Shown one piece after another: positions 28,773 to 37,531 of a stretch of 41,479 nucleotides of DNA. The position numbers and the translations under genes are program-made. Under the pieces are notes generated by a model. That model was not told the DNA's origin. It made no database searches and was given only the letters and a program-made list of their open reading frames with translations. Location of the stretch: contig JBAXOM010000003.1 of NCBI GenBank assembly GCA_037133215.1, positions 1-41,479 of the forward strand, read 5' to 3'. Source of the DNA: Thermoleophilia bacterium. Lineage in GTDB: Bacteria > Actinomycetota > Thermoleophilia > Gaiellales > F1-60-MAGs149. Every line of letters starts with the position of its first letter. Position 1 is the stretch's first letter.

Positions 28773-30239
28773 CTAGCCCGCTGGAATCTGTACGGGTGGC
28801 GCATTCGAGCTCGGCTCGCCCGCCATGGTCCAGGCGTTCCCACCGGAAACCACCACGCGTACCACTTTCCCACCCAAGCTCATGCTTGGGCGAAGCGTCT
28901 TCTTGGTGGCCTTCGCGATTTCGACCCACTCACCCTTTGCGTTGAGGCGCTGCCACTGATAGGTGTACTGCGTCGCGTACTTCCACGGTGCTGTGGTCGC
29001 CGTCAAGACCGAACCAACCGCGGCCACGCCCTTGATCGCAACCTTCTTCGGAATCGGCGCACGCAGACCATCGATGCCTGGAACCGTCATTGGCGTGGCA
29101 CCGACCGTGATCACGGCGGCCTGACCAAGTTGTCCCTGTGCGTTCGAACCCCAGCACCGCAAGAATCCACTCGTCATCGCGGCACAGCTCTGATCCTGGC
29201 CAGCGCTGATGCGCGATGCTTTCACACCGATCACGTTTACGGGTGTTGCCGACGCTGTCAGTGTGCCGTTGCCGAGTTGGCCACTCTCATTTGCGCCCCA
29301 ACACCAGACAGTCGCATCGGACAACATGGCACAGGCATGGTTGAGACCAACGTTGACTTGCACGGCGTCAAGATCACCCGGAAACGAAACCTTGGTCGGC
29401 ACGTTGCTCGCCGCAATCGCACCCCAACACCACGCACTCGAGGACCCATCCTCCTCCGTCACCTGAATACAGGTGCTCGCGCCACCGGCTGCGATCGCGC
29501 CAATGTCGGTAATCACCTTCGGGAGGGTGACGGTCACGGGAGTTGCGCTGTCGACGCTCGCACCATTGCCGAGCTGACCGGATGTGCCAACACCCCAGCA
29601 AACCAACTTTGTGTTACCACCGGCACACGCGTGCGACTGTCCGACAGCCAGAATCGACGCTGACGACGTCCCCCCGTCCTTGACCGGGAATGTGGACGTA
29701 CCACTGACAATCGACGGAGCGGTGATCCCCGCTCCAAGCTGGGTCCCCCAGCAGGAAACGCCTGTGTCCATACCACTGATAAGGGCGCAGGCCATCGTTC
29801 CGCCGACACTGATAGCCGAGCCAGTGTTGCCTGTGCCTAACTTCACTTTGACCGGTGCCGCGCTCGCGGCGCCTGCACTTCCGCGTCCAAGCAAACCACC
29901 GGTGTCATCTCCCCAGCAGTAAACAGAACCGCCCAACATCGCGTTCTTACCGGCCACGACACAGACTGTGGCAAGGCCATTGGCGGAGCCCTGTCCCACC
30001 GAGATGTCGGCCGCGGCGTACCCCTTAGGCAGCGTGACTGCACCGGGGCTCGCCGGCGTCGTGCCAGCACTGTGCCCGGCCTGACCAGAGCCGTTTGCGC
30101 CGAAGCAGTTAGGCGCGCCATCGGACTGGATCACGCACGAGACGCCGGCACCGACGCTGAGGAGATTTCCACAGCCAGCGCTGAGCACGCCGATCGTGAG
30201 TAGGGCAAGGACGACGAGGGCAAGCCGGAGACGATGCAT
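28773..30239 (-). CDS. RCC1-repeat beta-propeller lipoprotein with a C-terminal Ig-like domain
   Basis: Lipobox LSAG-C; repeated C-x(7-12)-CWG units, many followed by ..GQLG; tail GVAAVGSVLTA..W...YTYQWQR. Confidence 0.85.
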   Translation of the reverse strand: MHRLRLALVVLALLTIGVLSAGCGNLLSVGAGVSCVIQSDGAPNCFGANGSGQAGHSAGTTPASPGAVTLPKGYAAADISVGQGSANGLATVCVVAGKNAMLGGSVYCWGDDTGGLLGRGSAGAASAAPVKVKLGTGNTGSAISVGGTMACALISGMDTGVSCWGTQLGAGITAPSIVSGTSTFPVKDGGTSSASILAVGQSHACAGGNTKLVCWGVGTSGQLGNGASVDSATPVTVTLPKVITDIGAIAAGGASTCIQVTEEDGSSSAWCWGAIAASNVPTKVSFPGDLDAVQVNVGLNHACAMLSDATVWCWGANESGQLGNGTLTASATPVNVIGVKASRISAGQDQSCAAMTSGFLRCWGSNAQGQLGQAAVITVGATPMTVPGIDGLRAPIPKKVAIKGVAAVGSVLTATTAPWKYATQYTYQWQRLNAKGEWVEIAKATKKTLRPSMSLGGKVVRVVVSGGNAWTMAGEPSSNAPPVQIPAG

Positions 30240-30275
30240 CGGGCGAGCATACCACCCGTGCTAGCGCAGGTGGTA

Positions 30276-30998
30276 TTAGCGTTCGGCGTACTGCGCGGCC
30301 GCGTCGATCAGCGCCTTGAAGACCGGTGCGCCCGAATCGGTATGCGCCTCTTCCGGGTGCCAGAGCACGCCAACGGCGAAGGCTTTGTTGGGATCCTCAA
30401 GACCCTCAACCGTGTCGTCCGGTGCCTTGGCGGTCACCTCGAGACCACCACCGACCGTCTCGATGCCTTGGTGATGGTGCGAATGAATGACGGTGCCGTT
30501 CGGTACCAGTTCGGCGATCTTGCCACCGAGGATCTCGACCGGATGATTCGACCAGTGCCCGAGTTTTACGCGATGTAGATCGCCGTCGACGACATCATCG
30601 AGGTGCTGTTCCAGCGTGCCGCCGTAGGCGATGTTGAGCAGTTGAAAGCCGCGACAGATACCCAGCAGCGGCATGTCTCGATCGAGCGCGCCACGCAGCA
30701 ACGCAAGTTCGGCGTCATCGCGGCGCGTGTTCGGCGGATCCGCAGTCTCGTGCGACTCCGCTCCGTACGTGTTCGCGCCAACGTCGCTACCGCCAACGAG
30801 GATCAGGCCATCGAGCGTATCGAGCGCCTGCTCCGCAAACCCCTCCATCTCGGGCAGCGGCGGCACCAGTAGCGGAAACCCTCCGGCCACAAGGATCGAG
30901 TTGACGTACGCCTGCGGTGCCAGACACGCGGGCATGGCCGACCACGGACCCCACGATGCCTCGAGCCAGTACGCGGTGATGCCAATGCGCGGTCGCAT
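30276..30998 (-). CDS. Gamma-glutamyl-gamma-aminobutyrate hydrolase-like amidotransferase (PuuD / peptidase C26)
   Basis: RPRIGIT, GGSD, RD..E, GICRG nucleophile elbow, HHHQ, WHPE. Confidence 0.9.
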   Translation of the reverse strand: MRPRIGITAYWLEASWGPWSAMPACLAPQAYVNSILVAGGFPLLVPPLPEMEGFAEQALDTLDGLILVGGSDVGANTYGAESHETADPPNTRRDDAELALLRGALDRDMPLLGICRGFQLLNIAYGGTLEQHLDDVVDGDLHRVKLGHWSNHPVEILGGKIAELVPNGTVIHSHHHQGIETVGGGLEVTAKAPDDTVEGLEDPNKAFAVGVLWHPEEAHTDSGAPVFKALIDAAAQYAER

Positions 30999-31052
30999 GA
31001 GAGCAGACTAGCGCCGACGTAGGAGCATCAGGCCACTCACGTTCGGCACCAC

Positions 31053-31084
31053 GCGACATTCTGGGCCCGGGCCCAAAATGTCGC
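31053..31084 (-). terminator. 32-bp near-perfect palindrome right after the glnA4-like stop (putative terminator or stabilising hairpin)
   Basis: GCGACATTCTGGGCCC|GGGCCCAAAATGTCGC; the single mismatch becomes a U-G pair on the minus-strand RNA; no U tract. Confidence 0.6.
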
Positions 31085-31086
31085 CT

Positions 31087-32430
31087 CTACGAGCGTTCGA
31101 AGGAACGGTGCAATTCCCAGTCCGTGACGGCCGACTCAAAGGCAGCAACCTCGTGACGACCCGAATTGACGTAGTGGTCGACGACACGGTCGCCGAGCGC
31201 CGCACGTGCCAGCGAACTCCCGTCCAAGAGATCCATGGCCTGCGCGAGCGACGTTGGCAGGTGATCGCCTTCGCTGTCGTAGGCGCTCCCGTGCAGTGGC
31301 GGCACGAGCGGGAGCGCTCGGTCGATGCCATCGAGCCCAGCGGCGATCGTGGCGGCAAAGGCGAGATACGGGTTCGCATCGCCACCGGCAATCCGGCTCT
31401 CGAGACGTAACGACGGGCCATGCCCAACAGAACGAAACGCGCACGTGCGATTGTCGATACCCCACAGCAACTTCGTGGGCGCAAACGAGCCGTTCGCATA
31501 GCGCTTGTACGAGTTGATATTCGGCGCGTAGAAATACGAGAGTTCGCGCGTGCTGGCAACCTGCCCGGCCACATAGCCCTCGTAGAGCGGAGACCGACCA
31601 CCGTCGCCGTCGCCCGGGAAGAGTGGCGTCTCGCCGTCCCAGAAGGAACAGTGAATGTGACACGAGTTACCCTCGAGCTGGTTGGGTTTCGCCATAAACG
31701 TGATTGCCGCACCGTGCTGGTGCGCGATCTCTCGGGCCGCCAGTTTGTAGATCACATGGTCATCCGCCATGCGCAGGGCCTCTTGATAACGGAAGTTAAT
31801 CTCGTGTTGCCCGAAGTTGCACTCGCCCTTCGAGTCCTCAACCTTCAACCCCGCGGCCTTCATTGCCAAACGAATCGGGCGAATGATGTCCTCGACCATC
31901 GTCGTGCCAAGAATCGAATAGTCGACGTTGTAGGCATTCGCTGGCTTGAGCTCGCGGTAGGACTTCTCACGCGCTGCCTCGTAGGTCTCGCGATACAACA
32001 CGAACTCCAACTCAGAGCCAATCTTTGCCGTCCATCCCCGCTCGGCCAGGCGTGCCAATTGCGCCCGCAAGATCTGGCGTGGTGACTCGGCGACAGGCGA
32101 ACCGTCGTGGTGTTCGACATCAGCGAGACAGATAACCGTGCCGTCGAGCCAGGTCGTACGACGCAGCGTCGACAGATCGGGGCGCAGCACGAAATCTCCG
32201 TAGCCCGCCTCCCAACTCGTCAAGGCAAACCCCGACAACGGTGTCATCTCCATGTCCACCGCCAGCAAATATGCGCAGGCCTCAGCGCCGTGCTCCGCGA
32301 TCTCCGCCACGAAGGCCTCGGCATCGAGCCGCTTTCCCTGCAGGCGACCCTGCATATCAGTCATCGCCAAGACGACCGTGTCGATCTCTCCGCGCGTTAC
32401 ACCCTCACACAACTCGTCCAGCGTCATCAT
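31087..32430 (-). CDS. Glutamine synthetase-like gamma-glutamylase (GlnA4/PuuA-like)
   Basis: DMQGRLQGKR, ELEF, QHEINF, FMAKP, GNSCHIH, NSYKR, DNRT, ESR..GGDANPY; adjacent C26 hydrolase. Confidence 0.9.
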   Translation of the reverse strand: MMTLDELCEGVTRGEIDTVVLAMTDMQGRLQGKRLDAEAFVAEIAEHGAEACAYLLAVDMEMTPLSGFALTSWEAGYGDFVLRPDLSTLRRTTWLDGTVICLADVEHHDGSPVAESPRQILRAQLARLAERGWTAKIGSELEFVLYRETYEAAREKSYRELKPANAYNVDYSILGTTMVEDIIRPIRLAMKAAGLKVEDSKGECNFGQHEINFRYQEALRMADDHVIYKLAAREIAHQHGAAITFMAKPNQLEGNSCHIHCSFWDGETPLFPGDGDGGRSPLYEGYVAGQVASTRELSYFYAPNINSYKRYANGSFAPTKLLWGIDNRTCAFRSVGHGPSLRLESRIAGGDANPYLAFAATIAAGLDGIDRALPLVPPLHGSAYDSEGDHLPTSLAQAMDLLDGSSLARAALGDRVVDHYVNSGRHEVAAFESAVTDWELHRSFERS

Positions 32431-32481
32431 GGCCCCTGTCGTCCTGACGGCGAAACCCTACCGCGAGTCGAGCGAGCGGCG

Positions 32482-33048
32482 CTAGTTGCCCGGGTTGAAG
32501 AAGCCCTGGTCGACGAGACGCTGGCGATCCTCTGCCGAGACCTCGACATTGGCTGGCGTCAAGAGGAAGACCTTCTCGGCGATACGCTGAATAGCGCCGT
32601 CGAGCGCGTACGACATACCCGAGCTGAAGTCGATCAGGCGACGCGACAGGTCGGGCTCGGCCGTCTGCAGATTGACGATTACGGGCACGCCGTTCTTAAA
32701 GCGATCAGCGATCTGCTGCGCATCGTTGTACGAGCGCGGTGCGATCACATGGACGCGCACGGCATTCGCCGGACTGCCGGTCGAAGACGAGCGCAAAACG
32801 TTCGTCTCCTCGCTGCTCGATGCCCCACCACGACGCGGTCGTCCGGCTGCGGTCTCCTCCTCGGAGAAGGCCTCGTCGAAGTCGCTCGCCGTCTCGCGAT
32901 GGCGGCGACGATCGATGCGGCGCACGCTACTGCTCTTCGAGGGACGTTCGGGCTCCTCGTGCACCGTGGACATGTCGTCGTAGAGGCTTTCATCCTCTGC
33001 GAGACCGAAGTACACGAGTGATCGGTGCCAAATGCTTCCGCCAGACAT
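32482..33048 (-). CDS. sepF: Cell division protein SepF
   Basis: N-terminal amphipathic WHRSLVYFGL; C-terminal PRSYNDAQ...VIVNL...RRLIDFSSG..YALDG...FLLTP. Start ATG 33048. Confidence 0.94.
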   Translation of the reverse strand: MSGGSIWHRSLVYFGLAEDESLYDDMSTVHEEPERPSKSSSVRRIDRRRHRETASDFDEAFSEEETAAGRPRRGGASSSEETNVLRSSSTGSPANAVRVHVIAPRSYNDAQQIADRFKNGVPVIVNLQTAEPDLSRRLIDFSSGMSYALDGAIQRIAEKVFLLTPANVEVSAEDRQRLVDQGFFNPGN

Positions 33049-33070
33049 GCGCGGAGCATACTCCTTGGGG

Positions 33071-33772
33071 TTACGGTCGTGTGTCGGACGGGCCAAGAAG
33101 GACGGAGCCAGCGCGCACCAACGTGGCTCCTTCTTCAACAGCAATCGGGAAATCTTGGCTTGTTCCCATTGACAGTTGAGCGAACTGATGGACGCCCGCC
33201 CAGCGCTCCGAGGCCTGTTCTGCGAGCTCGCGAAGCGCACGAAACGCTGGTCGTGAGGCCTCGGGGTCCGTCGCAAACGCTGGCATCGTCATCAAGCCTT
33301 GGACGCGAATGTTCGACTGTCCCGCGAGCCGCTCCAGCAGCGCGTCGAGGTCCGCAGGCGCCACGCCATCCTTATCGGGGTCGGCGGCAACGTTGACTTC
33401 GATCAGCACAGCCTGCGGTTCGTGCGAGCGCGTCTGCAGTTGGTCGGCGGTTGACTCGGTGAACAACGAGTGAATCAACGCGACGCGCCCGACGATCTCC
33501 TTGACCTTGCGACTCTGCAGATGGCCGATGAAATCCCACGTGAACAGATCGCCGTGGGCATCCTGTTTGGCGATCAGCTGATCCGTACGGTTCTCCCCCA
33601 CGCGGCGGATGCCAGCCGCATGCAGTAGCGGCAGGTCTTCGATCGCGAGGTACTTGACAGCCGCGACGATCTCGACCCCACCCGGGTTACGCCCGACGCG
33701 CGCGCAGGCGTCGGCAATCTGCTGCTGCGTGGCAGCGACGCCGGACTTTACATCGTCGGGATTACGCGTCAT
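33071..33772 (-). CDS. yggS: PLP homeostasis protein YggS/YlmE
   Basis: AAVKY, GENR, FIGHLQSRKV, GLMTMP, LSMGTSQDF. Confidence 0.95.
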   Translation of the reverse strand: MTRNPDDVKSGVAATQQQIADACARVGRNPGGVEIVAAVKYLAIEDLPLLHAAGIRRVGENRTDQLIAKQDAHGDLFTWDFIGHLQSRKVKEIVGRVALIHSLFTESTADQLQTRSHEPQAVLIEVNVAADPDKDGVAPADLDALLERLAGQSNIRVQGLMTMPAFATDPEASRPAFRALRELAEQASERWAGVHQFAQLSMGTSQDFPIAVEEGATLVRAGSVLLGPSDTRP

Positions 33773-34536
33773 ACGTCCTCACGGTAGGCGATCACGCCCT
33801 GTCGTCCGGTCGTGGCGCCGTCACGACGGTACGAGAAGAAGTCGTCGGTCTCGGTGATCGTGCAGATACCCGCGATGTCGATGGCGTCCGGACTGACACC
33901 CGCAGAGAACAATGCGAGCCCGGCGCAGGCGGCAAGGTCGGCCGTGCCACCGTAGGCAGCTCCCTCACCAAAGCGCTCGCGCAAGGGGACCGCAACGTCG
34001 TCACCAACTTCGTAGGCCTGCGGCCCGGCACACGGACCAACCGCGGCGGCGTAGGCACCCGGTCCGAGCGCCGCAACCGTCGCCTCCACGACGCCGGCAA
34101 CGAGCCCCTTCCACCCGGCGTGGCAGACGGCAACCGCAGAGCCATCGAGTGCGGCAATCACGATTGGCACGCAGTCCGCCGACAGGGCCACCAACGCGAG
34201 GTCGGCCTCGCGCGTGATCAGCGCGTCGGCCTTAGGCAGCTCCCCCTGCGGATCGAGGTAGCCACCGAGCATCGGCTCGGCAACGCGGACGACGGTGCCA
34301 TGGACCTGATGGTTCTGCACAGTGCGCGCAGGATCCGCGCCGACGGCCGCACAGAGGCGCCGACGGTTTTCGGCCACTGCATCACGATCATCGCCCGTCG
34401 TCAGACCCAAGTTAAGCGAGGCGAATGGTGTTTTCGAGACGCCACCCTGACGGCCACTAAAGACCGCGATGATGCCCTCCGGGCCCTGCCAACGCAAGAG
34501 CGGGAAGGCCTCCCAATTGTCCCACGTGAGCGACAT
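33769..34536 (-). CDS. pgeF: PgeF/YfiH (YlmD) laccase-domain protein
   Basis: SLNLG, HQVHG, ADCVP, HAGWKG, FFSYRR; start ATG 34536. Confidence 0.93.
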   Translation of the reverse strand: MSLTWDNWEAFPLLRWQGPEGIIAVFSGRQGGVSKTPFASLNLGLTTGDDRDAVAENRRRLCAAVGADPARTVQNHQVHGTVVRVAEPMLGGYLDPQGELPKADALITREADLALVALSADCVPIVIAALDGSAVAVCHAGWKGLVAGVVEATVAALGPGAYAAAVGPCAGPQAYEVGDDVAVPLRERFGEGAAYGGTADLAACAGLALFSAGVSPDAIDIAGICTITETDDFFSYRRDGATTGRQGVIAYREDV

Positions 34537-34577
34537 GTCGTGAGGGTAACGCGCCGGGTCAAGGTACGCTGCGCGGG

Positions 34578-35231
34578 ATGCCTGACCTTCAGGAACGCTT
34601 CTCGAGCCAGAGCCTCGAACTGCTGGCACTGATCCTGCCCGTGCTGATCATCTCGATGGCGCTGCACGAGCTCGCCCATGCCTGGGTCGCCAATCGCCTT
34701 GGTGATCCGACGGCCAAGATGATGGGGCGCCTCACGCTCAATCCGCTCGTTCACATCGATCCGATGGGTTCGGCGATGTTCGCAATCTCGTGGATTGCGT
34801 CGGGCTTCATGTTCGGCTGGGCCAAGCCGATCCCCGTGCAGCCTCGCTTCTTCAACCATCCGCAGCGCGGCATGGCGATCGTGGCGATTGCCGGTCCGGT
34901 GACGAACATCGCGATCGCCTACGTCACGGCGCTGACCTTTATCTGGGTCTTCTCGTACCCCAGCGGACTCCTCGGTGAGTTTCTCGGCCTGGCGTTCAGC
35001 ACCAACGTGCTGCTTGCTGTCTTCAACATGCTCCCCATCCCACCGCTCGACGGGAGCCGCGTGCTGGCCGCGTTTATGCCACGCGAGATGGCCGCGGCGT
35101 GGGGTCGCCTCGATCGCCACGGCTTCATGATCCTCTTTGCACTGTTGATCTTTTTCCGGCCACTCTTCGGGATCATCGACGCGATTCGCATTCCGATCCA
35201 GGATCTCCTCATTACCCTGGCCGGCGGCTGA
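34578..35231 (+). CDS. Site-2 protease (peptidase M50, short YwhC-like type)
   Basis: HELAH, GRLTLNPLVHIDP, GWAKP, AGP, FNMLPIPPLDG. Confidence 0.94.
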   Translation: MPDLQERFSSQSLELLALILPVLIISMALHELAHAWVANRLGDPTAKMMGRLTLNPLVHIDPMGSAMFAISWIASGFMFGWAKPIPVQPRFFNHPQRGMAIVAIAGPVTNIAIAYVTALTFIWVFSYPSGLLGEFLGLAFSTNVLLAVFNMLPIPPLDGSRVLAAFMPREMAAAWGRLDRHGFMILFALLIFFRPLFGIIDAIRIPIQDLLITLAGG

Positions 35232-35232
35232 A

Positions 35233-35328
35233 GTGCGGTCGCGCTCGCTCCTCTTCGCGGGAGTCATCGCGCTCGTCGTTGCCGTCGCCTTTATCGGTTT
35301 CGGCCTCGTCACCGGCTCCGGTCGCTAG
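35233..35328 (+). CDS. Putative 31-aa single-helix membrane microprotein (unannotated)
   Basis: GTG 1 nt after the M50 stop: MRSRSLLFAGVIALVVAVAFIGFGLVTGSGR*. Fills the gap exactly up to the convergent stop at 35329. Confidence 0.55.
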   Translation: MRSRSLLFAGVIALVVAVAFIGFGLVTGSGR

Positions 35329-36252
35329 CTACGACGCTCCGAGCTCGCGCGCCCATGCAGCGACGAGTGGGCCGATCGTCGACCGTCCAGTGCTGCGATC
35401 CCACCGGGCATAGACCCACGCTCCGCCGATCTGCGTCGGTGTGATGCGATCCCGTTGCCAGGCAGAGCGAATGTCAGTGTCTTGTGTGATCCACGCTGCA
35501 GAGTCCGTCAATAGCCAAGGCATATGGCCACTCTTCGGCATCGCCGGGTCGAGCAGCGCAGCGTTCGGATCGTCTGGGGATTGCTCGGCGTTTGGATTGA
35601 GTAAGACGAAGTGCGAGGCGACGGAGTCGTCGTATGTCCCGGTCTTGATCATCATCACGACGCCGCTCCGCTGCGCTGGTGTGAGACCCCGATACGCTCG
35701 CACCAGTGGCGCCGTGCTCGCAGTCATCAGCTTCCAGCCCGGCACACCGGGGAGGTACTCCTCGGTTAGGCCCATCTGCACGTGCCCATCGGAGATCTCG
35801 GCAACGAGATCCGAGTACAACGTCGCCATCGCGAGACCGGAGAGCGTGTAGTAGTAGTAATCGTGCGCGGCACGGTTGAGTATGGCCGGCGTCCAGGGCC
35901 GCCGACGGCTCGGCGCGAGCAGCTGCATCGCCATCGCCATGCAGGTCAGCATGCAGCCCTCATTGCCGATCGAATTGCCATTCGGGTAGCGATGGAGCAG
36001 CTCCGCCGCCTCCGCGCGCGTACGGCCGTTGAGCTCCATATCGGCGCGCATCACGAGCTTGCGATCCCACATCAAATCGTCCGCCCAACGTGGATCGTCT
36101 TGGCGGTACGGCATACCCGTCAGATCAAGGAGGGGCCCGGTCGGGGCTTGGGCATCCGCGGCCGGCGATGCAGCGACGAGCGAGCCGAGGCCGAGCGTGA
36201 CCCCAGCGCCCAGTGCAGACCCCAAGAAGCGGCGACGTGTCCCCGAGAACAT
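35329..36252 (-). CDS. Tat-exported C39-like (papain-fold) peptidase
   Basis: TRRRFL twin-arginine signal with an ADA cleavage site; YRQDDPRW, IGNEGCMLTCMAM, TP..LN, SHFVLL, LLDP (Q/C/H/D arrangement). Confidence 0.75.
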   Translation of the reverse strand: MFSGTRRRFLGSALGAGVTLGLGSLVAASPAADAQAPTGPLLDLTGMPYRQDDPRWADDLMWDRKLVMRADMELNGRTRAEAAELLHRYPNGNSIGNEGCMLTCMAMAMQLLAPSRRRPWTPAILNRAAHDYYYYTLSGLAMATLYSDLVAEISDGHVQMGLTEEYLPGVPGWKLMTASTAPLVRAYRGLTPAQRSGVVMMIKTGTYDDSVASHFVLLNPNAEQSPDDPNAALLDPAMPKSGHMPWLLTDSAAWITQDTDIRSAWQRDRITPTQIGGAWVYARWDRSTGRSTIGPLVAAWARELGAS

Positions 36253-36307
36253 GCTCCTCAGCCTACTCGGCGATCCGGTTCACCGGAGGACGAATCCGAT
36301 CCAAGCA

Positions 36308-37528
36308 TCAGCGATCGTTGAGCCAAGCCAATTGCGCATCGCGCGTGTCAGCCACGGTGCCGTCGATGCAGGCACGGCGCAGCTCGATCAGGAGGCGTCC
36401 AATTTCGGGACCCTCAACTCTGGCCACGCGCCGCACATCGTCACCGTCGACACCGAGCGACATGTGGCGAAGGCGACTGAGGTAGCGCGCGGCCTCGTCG
36501 CCACCCGCGGCGATCACGCCCTCGGCCGGCACGCGTGCGCAGGCCGCATCGACGTCGGCATCGCTCTGCCCCGCGATCGTGGCGGCGAGCACGGCACCGT
36601 CTGCCGCGGCCAGCGCAGACTTGATTGTGCTGCGGTCGAGCCCACCTTCCGTCAACCAGCCAGTGCGGCGAGCGGGTTCGAGCCCGCTCGTCATCAGCCC
36701 AAGCCCAAGTGCCACGCGGTCGGCGTCCCGCGCCTCGTCCTCCAAGAGTGCCCACGCCGCCTGCACTTGCGCACGATCGACATCGAGACCCGGCTCGATC
36801 GCCGCAAGCACGCCCCACTCCACCAAGAACGACAACACAGTGGCGGGCTCAGACTCTTCGAACACGAGACGCAACGCGTCCATCATGCGGGTTGGACCAG
36901 TCAGTGTTACGAAGCCGCCGTGACACGCAGCCTTCGCCGCATGCACCAGCGTCGGATCGGGCGTTGCCCCAAGTCGCACCGCGTAGCGGGCCGCACGCAC
37001 CAGCCGCGTCGCGTCTTCTTCGAACGCATCGGGGCGCAATAGTCGAAGCGCTCCAGCCCGCACATCTGCGGCACCACCAAACGGATCGAGCAGGGCGCCC
37101 GCATCGGGGCCCGCGACGACGGCAGCGATCGCATTGACCGTGAGGTCGCGGCGGGCAAGATCCTGCTCAAGCGTCGCTGGCGCGACCGTCGGCAATGCAC
37201 CAGGCTCCGAGTAGGTCTCACTGCGTGCTGTCGCGACGTCAACGGGAGGACGCGAGGCAATCGTTGCCGTGCCAAACGCCGCGTAGATCTGCACGTCAGC
37301 GCCTGTCAGCGCGGCCAGCCGCTTGGCGTACGCAACGCCGTCGCCTTCCACCATGACATCGACCTCGCGCGCCTCCGTGCCGCGCAGGAGATCGCGCACC
37401 ACACCACCGACGAGCGCCACGCGTTGCCCAGGCTCCGCGGCCTCGATCAACAGCGGCACCGCCTCACGCACACGAGCGGAGGCAGCAATCAGCGCGCGCG
37501 CATCGGTCCCGCCTGCGCGCGCGCTCAC
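36308..37528 (-). CDS. cca: tRNA nucleotidyltransferase (class II CCA- or A-adding enzyme)
   Basis: VGGVVRDLL, FGTA, DVATARSETY..PGALP, DLARRDLTVNA, EDATRLVRAARY. Confidence 0.88.
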   Translation of the reverse strand: MSARAGGTDARALIAASARVREAVPLLIEAAEPGQRVALVGGVVRDLLRGTEAREVDVMVEGDGVAYAKRLAALTGADVQIYAAFGTATIASRPPVDVATARSETYSEPGALPTVAPATLEQDLARRDLTVNAIAAVVAGPDAGALLDPFGGAADVRAGALRLLRPDAFEEDATRLVRAARYAVRLGATPDPTLVHAAKAACHGGFVTLTGPTRMMDALRLVFEESEPATVLSFLVEWGVLAAIEPGLDVDRAQVQAAWALLEDEARDADRVALGLGLMTSGLEPARRTGWLTEGGLDRSTIKSALAAADGAVLAATIAGQSDADVDAACARVPAEGVIAAGGDEAARYLSRLRHMSLGVDGDDVRRVARVEGPEIGRLLIELRRACIDGTVADTRDAQLAWLNDR

Positions 37529-37531
37529 TGA

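Noticed and set aside
28900-30150. Recurring sequence units suggesting an array or diversity element
   Set aside because: Degenerate protein-level RCC1 repeats; no constant repeat-spacer pattern and no reverse transcriptase or cas genes.
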